Below, piece after piece: positions 19,687 through 28,841 of a stretch of 64,000 nt of DNA. A program made the translations under genes and the position numbers. Position 1 is the first letter of the stretch. Each line of letters opens with the position of its first letter. The notes beneath the pieces were generated by a model, which saw only the letters and a list, made by a program, of their open reading frames with translations, did no database searches and was not told the DNA's origin. The stretch is from an uncultured bacterium (GTDB taxonomy: Bacteria > Chlamydiota > Chlamydiia > Chlamydiales > FEN-1388): positions 186,450-250,449 of the forward strand of contig CAYRUD010000001.1 of the NCBI GenBank assembly GCA_964427425.1. Direction: 5' to 3'.

Positions 19687-21105
19687 TTATTGGTTTTGAT
19701 TCTTGTTTTTGATTATCTTCACAATATCTGGATCTTGCTTTAAAGAGTTGCCGATGAAGAGATGATAGCCACCTCTATATTCGACCGCTTTTAAAGCTAA
19801 GTCTTTCTCGGACCTTAGATTCGTTGAGAGATATTTAAACACTGAGTGGTCTTTATCAAAGGCACTGCGCGCTAATCGCTCATAATCCGGATCTGAGTCC
19901 TTGAGATACTTAATAGCTTGCGTGGAGATATCGGGAATTAAGCTTTTAATAAAGTCTTGGTTTTCTCGTAGCTCTTTATGAAGATGTTTTTCCAGGATAG
20001 AAGCTTTTTCAAATTCATTGGGTATATTTTGTAATATAGATACAGCAACTTCTTGATCGTTAAGAAAGGCTTGATCGACATAGGGGAGCAATTTACGTAC
20101 ATCGATATGAGTTTCTCCGGCCTTATTCCACTCATTGATTTTCTGAAGTACTTCAAGGACGAAATAAACATCTTGTCTCAAAGTTTCATCAGCGTACTCA
20201 AATGACTCTTCATTGCTTCTTATAGCTTCTAAGACAATCTCTTTGTCTTTCGTGTATTCTTTACCCACATTTCTGAGCTCTAGTCCATTCTCTCGAATCT
20301 GATCCAAAACTTGATCGCGCCGACTCATTTGTGGAAAAGCTTCAACTAACGTCGGATTTTGCTGCTCCTCCGTGACCAAAGGTTGTTGAATTTCTGGTTG
20401 GGGTATAAGAGAAAGAGCTTCTCCATGCAGGGCTTCTTGCACAAGTGGAGGTTGATCTAGGGTTTTTTCATTCTCAGTGGTTGCAGGTGGTTGAGTTTGT
20501 TGTTGCTGTGTGAGTGGCAGCTCTTCTTGCTGTAGGACCTGTTGCCCAAGTGGTGGCTGTTCATGGGCTTCGTGCTCCTCAGCGATTAAAGGCGGTTGGG
20601 CTTCTGGACGAGGAACTAATGGCTGCGCCTCTACATGTGGAACCTCTGGCCTTTGTGGAACTCGATCTTGAAGGAGTCGATTTCTCATCCAGTTAACTTC
20701 TCTAGGATCAAGACATGCTTCAATGTTCTTGAAGAAGAACCCGCTCAACGCTGCTAGTTTGCGATGGATAGAGTTTTGTATTTCGTTATTGCTGCCATCA
20801 TTGAGGTCGATAACTCTCTTATCTCGAAATCCATTGATTCCATGATCCCACCAGGATCGAACGAGAGGCGATAAAAGCGCTAATCCAAAAGACGCAACTG
20901 TTGCGAAGCATGCGAGAGCAATGTACTTAACTTTTTCAATGGTCGAGAGAAGGTTGTCTTTTGTTATCGCTTCGATCGAGTGCTCGCTTCCTCTTCTTAC
21001 TTTGATGGCAAGAGCTTCATGATCATATTCATGGCTTGCTGAGTAAGTAGATGAGCTGGGAGCTTGATATAAGGGGTTTGTAGTCATAACTCGAATGACC
21101 CTCAT
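19687..21105 (-). CDS. DUF4116-repeat protein, paralog of 18268..19533 with a Gln/Pro/Glu-rich insert
   Basis: N-terminal ~100 aa align with 18268..19533; repeats NGLELRNVGKEYTKDKEIVLEAI, FEYADETLRQD, LSTNLRSEKDLALKAV. Confidence 0.75.
   Translation of the reverse strand: MRVIRVMTTNPLYQAPSSSTYSASHEYDHEALAIKVRRGSEHSIEAITKDNLLSTIEKVKYIALACFATVASFGLALLSPLVRSWWDHGINGFRDKRVIDLNDGSNNEIQNSIHRKLAALSGFFFKNIEACLDPREVNWMRNRLLQDRVPQRPEVPHVEAQPLVPRPEAQPPLIAEEHEAHEQPPLGQQVLQQEELPLTQQQQTQPPATTENEKTLDQPPLVQEALHGEALSLIPQPEIQQPLVTEEQQNPTLVEAFPQMSRRDQVLDQIRENGLELRNVGKEYTKDKEIVLEAIRSNEESFEYADETLRQDVYFVLEVLQKINEWNKAGETHIDVRKLLPYVDQAFLNDQEVAVSILQNIPNEFEKASILEKHLHKELRENQDFIKSLIPDISTQAIKYLKDSDPDYERLARSAFDKDHSVFKYLSTNLRSEKDLALKAVEYRGGYHLFIGNSLKQDPDIVKIIKNKNQNQ
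20355..20623 (-). repeat. Degenerate 105-bp (35-aa) tandem repeat, about 2.5 copies
   Basis: PLVPRPEAQPPLIAEEHEAHEQPPLGQQVLQQEEL / PLTQQQQTQPPATTENEKTLDQPPLVQEALHGEAL / SLIPQPEIQQPLVTEEQ; units 1 and 2 are each 35 aa. Confidence 0.7.
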
Positions 21106-21287
21106 TTTATTATGATTACGTATATAGCCGTATAGATTGCGTGTATCGCGCGCCTATCTATTACGTTTCAATAAGGGTGCTCGAAACTGAATAAAAAGAA
21201 CAGAGGGGAAAAATGAAGGCTATAAATCAGCGCTTATAGACTATGATGAGGAGGAAAAGGTTATGTAATCAATGAGTAGGGACTGCA

Positions 21288-22604
21288 TTATTGCAATTCA
21301 TCCATTTGTTTTCTTTCTGCTAACTTCATTTTACTTTCTTCCACAGCTTTGAGAAGATCAGGGTCTTTGCCTAGAGTTTCATCAGCATAGTGAAGAGCAT
21401 TGGGGTTCTTCATTATTGCTTCTTTAACGAACTCTTTACGCCCTCTTAGTTCTAAAGAGTATTGTAGAGCAGATGCGTCTGTTGCGACTGCCGATAAAAC
21501 GACGTCTTTATCATTCTGGATGAAGTAATTAGCGTGTTGAAGGGCTTTCGGATAAAGATGCATGATATTCTGGATTGACTCTTGATGTTCTTTAAGTGAG
21601 AGCTCTGAGTGCTCAAAAGCTTTTAGGTTATTTGCGAGAGCTGTCTTGATAATTTCTGGGTCTTTTTTTAATTCAACACTTGCAAATTCGAGTGCAAGGC
21701 CATTCTCCTTTACAGCAAGCTTCACTATGTCACTGTAATCCGTAGTATTTTGGCTTACATGCTTAAGATTTAAACCATTTTGTTTGACGCACTCTTTCAT
21801 GAAATCGCTGTTCTTTCTTATGGATTCTCCGGCATATTTAAGGGCGTCATTATAGCTGCTGATAGCTGCTTTGACAATATCTTGATCATTCTTTAGCTCG
21901 TTTGAAGCAAATTGAAGAGCGCTGCCATCTTTCCCGACGGCTTTTAAGACAATGTCTCTATCATTTTTTACTTTCTCAGAAGCATGTCGAAGAAGAGCTG
22001 GATTGTGATCGATCAAATCACTAATAAAACCACTGTCGGCTTTAAGCTCCTCAGCATAGAGGAGGACAGCAGGGTTTTGCTTGGCAGCCTTGAGCATGAA
22101 GACTTTGTCCTCTCTGAATTCAGCACCAAGATGGAGAATATTTGCAGCATCTTTTTCAATGTATTGAAGAGCTTCTTCATCCCTTTTCACTGTATCTGGA
22201 TTGTCAAATTCTATCGTAATCGGTTGGTATGTTTGTAGAGGAGACTTTCGTTCCTTGGGAATGCTAGAAGAGGTCGTATTGTCTTTTTTACTATCCTCAT
22301 CCTTATCTTTATTTGGATTGATAGTTCTTTCGATAACTTCTTGAATGAGCCTTTGATTCTCTGTTTGAGGTGTAAATGCGCTGATTAAATCCCTTCGAAA
22401 TTTGCTGGAGAAAAGAAGAATCCCACCGGTTGCGATTGCAGCAGCACACAATCCAATAGCTTGGCTAACTTGCTTTGCCGTTAGTTTTGTTATAGATCTT
22501 CCATGCAGTTTTCCTTCTACGGGAGTCTGGATTGAATTATCAGAATGAGCAACTTCATAATTATCACGGTTTACTCGCATGACTTTTGCCTCTTTATGCT
22601 TCAC
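21288..22604 (-). CDS. DUF4116-repeat protein with N-terminal hydrophobic module
   Basis: Many repeats: LRHASEKVKNDRDIVLKAVGKDGSALQFASNELKNDQDIVKAAI, NGLALEFASVELKKDPEII. Confidence 0.85.
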   Translation of the reverse strand: MKHKEAKVMRVNRDNYEVAHSDNSIQTPVEGKLHGRSITKLTAKQVSQAIGLCAAAIATGGILLFSSKFRRDLISAFTPQTENQRLIQEVIERTINPNKDKDEDSKKDNTTSSSIPKERKSPLQTYQPITIEFDNPDTVKRDEEALQYIEKDAANILHLGAEFREDKVFMLKAAKQNPAVLLYAEELKADSGFISDLIDHNPALLRHASEKVKNDRDIVLKAVGKDGSALQFASNELKNDQDIVKAAISSYNDALKYAGESIRKNSDFMKECVKQNGLNLKHVSQNTTDYSDIVKLAVKENGLALEFASVELKKDPEIIKTALANNLKAFEHSELSLKEHQESIQNIMHLYPKALQHANYFIQNDKDVVLSAVATDASALQYSLELRGRKEFVKEAIMKNPNALHYADETLGKDPDLLKAVEESKMKLAERKQMDELQ

Positions 22605-22910
22605 TCTCTTTTCGTAAATAAATTTTTATTTTTAAGTAAATAAAGAAATATTCTGCTTTTTGCTACCTGAGACAGCAGATAATTAAGAAGCCTCGAAGCA
22701 CTTTCGCGTAGATAAATCGTCTCAGGAACATGAACAGGATTTTTCTCTAGAATCATTATTACGATGAGATGGGGGAAGTGAGTGATCTTCCAATCTACTT
22801 GCGGCTGCCTTTTAAGATCATTTTAAAATGCAACTTCCTCATTCTGAGAATTTACTTAGTAAGTAGCATGCTCTTTATTAAGTAGATTCATACGCCTTCT
22901 TCAACATGAC

Positions 22911-25900
22911 TTAAGTATGATAAAGCTCATCCATAAGGAGAGCCTCCAAAAAGTCATCATAGGAGTCCTCGAATGCGTCCATATCTTCACCTTCTTCCGT
23001 GCTCGAGAAGAGCGAGTTGAAAAGCGCCTCTTTTTTCTCAGCGATATTCCAGACTCTTTCTTCTATTGTCTCTTGGGTGATGTATCGCTTGACCATGACG
23101 GGCTCTTTTCGTCCGATACGATGAGCTCGAGCGATTGCCTGTTCTTCTGCCGCTCTATTCCACCATGGATCATAGAGGAGGACAGCATCTGCTTGAGTTA
23201 AGTTGATGCCAACGCCGCCGGCTTTCAGGGTCATGAAAAGGCACGAAGTGGTTGGATCATTTTGGAAGCGGTCGACTGCTGCCTCTAATGAACCTTTTTG
23301 GCTTTTTCCATGGTATGAGGCAAGATTATTTTCCTGGAGTATTCCTCGCTCGATACATTCGTGATGAAGGCGATCAATGAGGGATGCGAATTGACTAAAG
23401 ACGACAACTTTCTTCCCTTCGCTTGTGAGGGTTGCAATATCTTCGATGACCAGTTCCCACTTCGCAGTAGTTGGCTTTTCAGCTGATTGATATTGCCATT
23501 GGAAGAGCTCATGATGACAAGAGAGCTGTCTGAGCCTTAAAAGCGCTTCTAAGATTTTCATTCTGCGATCTTTTTTCGAAGAAGCTAAGGCTTCTTCGAA
23601 GAGCTTCAAGACTTTTCCTTCTTTTAAAGATGCCAAGAAGGAGTGGTATCGAGATTTTTGCTCATCTTCCATCTCTACCCAGACAGTTTGATCGATAATC
23701 TCAGGAAGATCAAGAGCTACCATCTTTTTTGTTCGTCTGAGGGTGTAAGGGGAGATGAGCTTTTTGATCTTTTGAAGGGCTCTTTTCTGTTGAAGAGGAG
23801 CACTGTTTAATGTGAAAGGAAGAAGGAAGCTTTCGCGATCTTTAAATAGCCTTTTCTCAATAAGGTGAAAATGGCTCCACAAGTCTGAAAGAGAGTTCTC
23901 AACAGGGGTTCCCGTTAAGATGAGATAGAGATTTGTCGGAATTGAGGCGATAGCTTGATAGGTCAAGCTTTGATGATTTTTGATATATTGCGCTTCATCG
24001 ATTATGAGGGCGGAATAGGTGATGCTTGAGAGAAACTCTTTCTCAACACGGACAATATGAAACGAAGTGAGGATTATTCGCTTCGATACAAGATCCGAGA
24101 TGTTTTTATGCTCTTGCCTCTCGGTCCCATGAAATGCGACAAGCCCATCATTTGCCACAAGATCTGGCAAGAAGCGTTTGATCTCGCGCTCCCAGTTAAA
24201 GAGAAGCGCTTTGGGAACGATAATTAAGACGGGTTTTGAAAAGCTCATTTTGCTCAGCCACGCAAGCACTTGAACTGTCTTACCTAGTCCCATCTCATCG
24301 GCTAAAAGCGCCGATTGTTTTGATTCTGCCTTCTCCACTAGCCACTGAACCCCGTTCTTTTGGTATGGGTAGAGCTCTCCTTTGAATGAAAGAGAAGTTA
24401 ATGAAGATGTGTGGGTTATGTGCTTCTCAGAATGAGGAGGAAGGTAGGATATGAGATCGTCTTCTCGATCTTCATCGTCCTGAATAAGGCCGATTTTGTA
24501 GGAGGGAAGGACTGCTTTACCTGCTGAGATCTCGATCTCTGATGCCAGTTCTTGAAGTGATGAATAAGCCTTAAGAGGCAAGAAGAGAGAATAGGTCCCA
24601 CAAGAGACTATCCGATGTGTTTGATTAGTCTCTTGCCTTCTTGGAGGCTCTTTTTGGAGCTCTTTAAAGAGAAGGGGCAGCTCTTGAAATGGGGTCTTTT
24701 GTTCTCCATCGAGGAGCGTCTGAAGTGCTCCTTTTAAGGCGTACGCTGACTCACCATCTCTTGCAAGTTCAATGTCAATGTGAGTTGCAAGATGAATAGG
24801 CCGGCCCATATGATCGATCAATTTCCAGCCAATCTCAAGAAGAGTTTTGAGCGCTTCTTGCGCCTTCTCTGATGAGCAGAAGTATTTTCCCTCACTAGTC
24901 TCATCATGGGTAAAAGAGAATCCACAATCAAGGAGGTCTTTCTCCCACGACTCCTCTTCATCGATCTTTCTCCAAGGCTCTTTCACTGCTCGAGTAAAAC
25001 TCACCTTTGACGAAAGTCGGGGGATTGGCTGGTACTGAACAATTCGAGGAGATGTCTCCCCTGCGTGCTCATACTCCATAAGAAGGGAAGCTGTCATTCC
25101 AAAACTGTGATGGAGGCGAAGTATCGGCAAAGGCCCTTTATTTTGAGATGGAGCTGATGGCTCAATGCTCGTCTCACTATTGGAGGTTGAAGAGGTAAGA
25201 AGATGAAACTCTGAGTCTTCTTCACACATATCGCTCTCGGCGCTCTTCTTCCAGTCTCTAAACTCAGGGCTTTCTTCATCCATTAAGGCTTTTGTTGATC
25301 CATGAATGAAAGGTAAGAGAGTCTTCCATGAAACTGACTCATGGATTTTCTGAATAAGTGAGCCATGAGCGATAAGGGTTGGGGAAGACATAATAAAGCC
25401 TACTTTCCCTGATGGAATATGAGTTCCCTTCTTTGTCTTTGAGGAATACAGGGAAATCTCGAGTAAGACTTTTTTCTCTCCTTCATGGGATGCGGCAATC
25501 TGAAGTCCTGTTGGAGTTGAAAGCCGATCAAAGATCATTCTCTGTCCGCCAATGAAGAGCATCCCCAAAGAAGAGAGTGTCTCAAGTGTGGAGTATATTG
25601 AGGATGGGCGGACACGGAAGAAAGTAACAGGGTCTGACTCTTCTTTTTGCCTTGAAAGAGATGTAACTCCCTTTTCTGTAAGAGATGCTTCATGACGACG
25701 AAAAGAGACCTCCTCTTGAAGGAGAAGAGAAAGCGCTTTTTCCCCATTCTTCAAATGAGCTGGAACAAGATTAGTTCTCAGTTTTTGATACATCTCTTCT
25801 TTTCTTCCTGAGATCTGAAGAGTGGAGCTTCCTCGCTCAATCCGAAATTCAATTTGCAGAAGAAGTTGAGTTGATTTTTGTGACTTCGGCTGGGAGTGAA

Positions 25901-25916
25901 GAATAAAATGAAGCAT
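22911..25916 (-). CDS. SNF2/SWI2-family helicase-like ATPase
   Basis: LLADEMGLGKT, DEAQYIKN, LTGTPVENSL, LRRTK, LRLRQL, VVFSQF, LKAGGVGINLT, DPWWN, ARAHRIG. Start uncertain. Confidence 0.93.
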   Translation of the reverse strand: MLHFILHSQPKSQKSTQLLLQIEFRIERGSSTLQISGRKEEMYQKLRTNLVPAHLKNGEKALSLLLQEEVSFRRHEASLTEKGVTSLSRQKEESDPVTFFRVRPSSIYSTLETLSSLGMLFIGGQRMIFDRLSTPTGLQIAASHEGEKKVLLEISLYSSKTKKGTHIPSGKVGFIMSSPTLIAHGSLIQKIHESVSWKTLLPFIHGSTKALMDEESPEFRDWKKSAESDMCEEDSEFHLLTSSTSNSETSIEPSAPSQNKGPLPILRLHHSFGMTASLLMEYEHAGETSPRIVQYQPIPRLSSKVSFTRAVKEPWRKIDEEESWEKDLLDCGFSFTHDETSEGKYFCSSEKAQEALKTLLEIGWKLIDHMGRPIHLATHIDIELARDGESAYALKGALQTLLDGEQKTPFQELPLLFKELQKEPPRRQETNQTHRIVSCGTYSLFLPLKAYSSLQELASEIEISAGKAVLPSYKIGLIQDDEDREDDLISYLPPHSEKHITHTSSLTSLSFKGELYPYQKNGVQWLVEKAESKQSALLADEMGLGKTVQVLAWLSKMSFSKPVLIIVPKALLFNWEREIKRFLPDLVANDGLVAFHGTERQEHKNISDLVSKRIILTSFHIVRVEKEFLSSITYSALIIDEAQYIKNHQSLTYQAIASIPTNLYLILTGTPVENSLSDLWSHFHLIEKRLFKDRESFLLPFTLNSAPLQQKRALQKIKKLISPYTLRRTKKMVALDLPEIIDQTVWVEMEDEQKSRYHSFLASLKEGKVLKLFEEALASSKKDRRMKILEALLRLRQLSCHHELFQWQYQSAEKPTTAKWELVIEDIATLTSEGKKVVVFSQFASLIDRLHHECIERGILQENNLASYHGKSQKGSLEAAVDRFQNDPTTSCLFMTLKAGGVGINLTQADAVLLYDPWWNRAAEEQAIARAHRIGRKEPVMVKRYITQETIEERVWNIAEKKEALFNSLFSSTEEGEDMDAFEDSYDDFLEALLMDELYHT

Positions 25917-26088
25917 AGGCTAGTCTTTAAAAGGGATTTTTTTAAAGATGGTAGCATACTGGATCGCTATTTTTACAGGGATTGATAGCTCTACCATAAT
26001 TCTCTTTCTATTTTCTTCATGTATGCTACACTTAGGAGTCCTTACATTCTGAATATCATTTGATTTGAAGGTATATCCAAGAAGACAG

Positions 26089-26928
26089 ATGGCGAAAGAG
26101 CAAAAAGACAAGCCGTTTTGGGATCAATTCTCATCATGGGAAGAAGCAGAACAAGCATGGGACAATCAAAAAGAGGCAGCAAAAAAAGAGCATCCTCTCC
26201 GCGTGTTGAAAGAGCTTCCTCAGGTTCCAGGTATCACTGAGGAAACAAAGAAAAACTTAAAATGGAAAAGCCTTCGTTGGATTATTCAAAAAGATACTGA
26301 TTGGCGCCTTTTAAAATCGATCTTGAAGAGACCTTTCAAGCATTTGAAAGAGTATGTTACATCGATTTTTAAGAGAAAATCATATGTCCGCGATGGAGAC
26401 TTTTTCTTCTATGGCCTCTCAAGTCTCGAAGAGATGAAAGAGGCGATGAGAGATCCTAATAGCGTTTTGATTACAGGCTTCTCATACTGTGAAAAACCGC
26501 ATGAGTGTCCATCAGGCAGATTTAATGATCATTGCGCGCGCGAAGTGTCAAATCCAGTCTGTAAGCAATGCTTTATTGGCAAGGCGCTTCACACATTGCC
26601 TGCAATTGATACAGTCCCCGTCATTATCCCGACTATCCACTACATCGGTGAAAAAGTCTTCGAAGTCATCGAAAAGTATAAGGGAAGGAGGGTTCTCTTC
26701 CTTATTACCGCATGCGAGATGACACTCGAGATGTTTGGAGATTGGGGCAATATGGCCGGAATTGAAGGAATTGGAGTCCGGCTCGATGGTCGTATCTGTA
26801 ATACCATGAAAGCGTTTGAACTTTCTGAGAGAGGAATAAAGCCAGGACTGACTGTAGTCCTCCCGCAGACTGAGAGACGGATCTTAGATTTGCTCGCTCT
26901 TTGGCGCTCGATCAAGTCATCCTCTTGA
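26089..26928 (+). CDS. Cys-rich hypothetical protein, DUF116-like
   Basis: SYC-x4-C-x8-C-x8-CxxC-x-I ... ITACEMTL ... GVRLDGRICNT resembles the DUF116 cysteine pattern. Likely ATG at 26089. Confidence 0.5.
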   Translation: MAKEQKDKPFWDQFSSWEEAEQAWDNQKEAAKKEHPLRVLKELPQVPGITEETKKNLKWKSLRWIIQKDTDWRLLKSILKRPFKHLKEYVTSIFKRKSYVRDGDFFFYGLSSLEEMKEAMRDPNSVLITGFSYCEKPHECPSGRFNDHCAREVSNPVCKQCFIGKALHTLPAIDTVPVIIPTIHYIGEKVFEVIEKYKGRRVLFLITACEMTLEMFGDWGNMAGIEGIGVRLDGRICNTMKAFELSERGIKPGLTVVLPQTERRILDLLALWRSIKSSS

Positions 26929-28741
26929 TCTTTTCTCTTAAGTAAAGAGCCCAGCCTAGGAGAAGGACTATGATCGTTATGAGATTTCGAATCTCATAGG
27001 TCTGAACGTAGAATGTCAAAGGAGGCTCTTTTTGAACTGAAAGGGGAGTTGTAAATGAAATGTTCTCTCCATTCTTCGATCCGATGTATGAGGCGACGAT
27101 GTTTCCCTTTTCATCGATAACTCCGCTCATGCCCATATTAGTAGAGCGAATAACAGGTATTTTCAGTTCTATCGCCTGAAGCTGCGCGAGGTGAAAGTGT
27201 TCACGAGCAAGCCTTTTTGATGGAAACCAGGTATCATTGCTGACACTGATAATCAGTTCAGCACCCTTTCGCCGACATCCTATTCCATATGAAGAGAAGG
27301 TCTCTTCGTAGCAGATAAGAGGCGAAAAGCGCACTGACTCATGAGAGTCTGATTGCAGGGGGAGCGTGTACACTTTACTTTCTATGCCTTGAGTAAAGCT
27401 TCCATGGACGCCATAAAGCGCTAAGATATCCTTCATCCAGGAAAATGGGATATACTCACCAAAAGGAATGAGAAGCTGTTTATCATATCGAGAGCTCATG
27501 GGTTTCTTAGGAAGAACAAAGAATGCTGAATTAAATGCGGCTATTGGTTGAGTTCCTCCTTCTTCACGCGAAAGCCCGTCTCTATTTCTTCCTTCGAGCC
27601 CAATGAGTAAGGGTGTCTGAAGTGTGTTGGCGATAATGTGGCTCGCGTCGAGTGAGGTCCCCCAGTAGCTATTTGTCTCGTTGAGGAATAGAGCTCGTTG
27701 TACAAAAGAAGAATCTAAAAGGTGAGGATAAAGAGCCTTTAACTCGCTTAAGTTTACAATTAGAGCATCGGCAGGGTATGGAATGGCTCCTTCAGGTATC
27801 GCGATGATGTCATAGCGATTTTCTTCGGTCTTTCCTGAGTGATCAAGCGCTTGTAATACTTTCTTCCACTCGTCTGTCGTGATATCCCATGGTTTTTTTA
27901 ATTGAGCTTCGAAGATATCCGGATCTTCGTCCATATGGACGATGAGCGCGCTCATATTCACTCTTTTCCCAGGATCTTTTGGAGAAAATACGCTCGTTCC
28001 ACTGAGATAGGGGAAGGCTCCTAACAAAATCCAGACGATAAATGGGTAAAGGAGTTTAGATCCAATTTTCTTCGCTCTTCTTTCTTTCCATTGTTCTACG
28101 AGAAGAATAAGAAAGAACGCTCCTTCGAGATTAGTTAAAAAAATGAGAAAGGAGAGCGATTCTCTTCCGAAATATGATGCGAGTTGCGCTGCCGGAGCAT
28201 GCCATGTCAGCATGAGAGATGACGTAAAGAATGAGATTCCAGGCCATATATGCGCTAGGGATCCTTCAAAAGCCGCTAAGCTGAGAGCGATCAAAGTAAA
28301 AAAGAAATGAACGCGAGTCTGACTCGAAGGCAACTGATCATTTCTCTCAGTCCACTGAATAATTTCATACAGGGCAAAGCTGAAAAGGAGAGAAAGAGGG
28401 ACAGCCAAGAGAGTAGATATTATGGGCCAGACAACCCACATATAGGCGTATGGGTGAGAAGTAAGCCAAAAAAGCTGAATCGCTGTAGAGATCGATAAAG
28501 GAAGAATGAGCTGCCAAAAAAGAGTGCGTATAGAAGTCAGCTCTCTTTTTACAGGGAAAGCGCCTAAGAGGATTAAAGCATATCCAATGAAAGTCGCTAA
28601 CGGAGAGAGCCACTGGATTGAGGAAGGTCGGCCATATCCAAGGAGGAGAATGCCAATTAAAGAAATTGGTCTTAAGATCGAGAACAATGCTGGCCTCTTT
28701 CTTATCCAAGAGAGTATACTATTTCGGTAAGTAACGATCAT
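26912..28741 (-). CDS. lnt: Apolipoprotein N-acyltransferase
   Basis: N-terminal TM helices; nitrilase triad motifs IPEGA, YDKQLLIPFGEY, LICYEE; SNDTWF; RSTNMGMSGVID. Confidence 0.93.
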   Translation of the reverse strand: MIVTYRNSILSWIRKRPALFSILRPISLIGILLLGYGRPSSIQWLSPLATFIGYALILLGAFPVKRELTSIRTLFWQLILPLSISTAIQLFWLTSHPYAYMWVVWPIISTLLAVPLSLLFSFALYEIIQWTERNDQLPSSQTRVHFFFTLIALSLAAFEGSLAHIWPGISFFTSSLMLTWHAPAAQLASYFGRESLSFLIFLTNLEGAFFLILLVEQWKERRAKKIGSKLLYPFIVWILLGAFPYLSGTSVFSPKDPGKRVNMSALIVHMDEDPDIFEAQLKKPWDITTDEWKKVLQALDHSGKTEENRYDIIAIPEGAIPYPADALIVNLSELKALYPHLLDSSFVQRALFLNETNSYWGTSLDASHIIANTLQTPLLIGLEGRNRDGLSREEGGTQPIAAFNSAFFVLPKKPMSSRYDKQLLIPFGEYIPFSWMKDILALYGVHGSFTQGIESKVYTLPLQSDSHESVRFSPLICYEETFSSYGIGCRRKGAELIISVSNDTWFPSKRLAREHFHLAQLQAIELKIPVIRSTNMGMSGVIDEKGNIVASYIGSKNGENISFTTPLSVQKEPPLTFYVQTYEIRNLITIIVLLLGWALYLREKIKRMT

Positions 28742-28841
28742 ATACGTGAATAATAGTCCCTATTTAAAGCGTCTTCCTCTTTGAAAGGGGAGGAGAGTTA
28801 ACTGTATCGTAAAACAATCATTTTATGGCCACTCTTTCCTT

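Noticed and set aside
22666-22726. CCTGAGAC/GTCTCAGG-closed stem as an sRNA
   Set aside because: Only an 8-bp closing stem with no convincing internal structure or promoter
8610-26928. Short convergent 3' overlaps (M19/M16C, pssA/lexA, DUF116-like/lnt) as antisense regulation
   Set aside because: 17-26-bp overlaps are common in compact genomes; no further evidence
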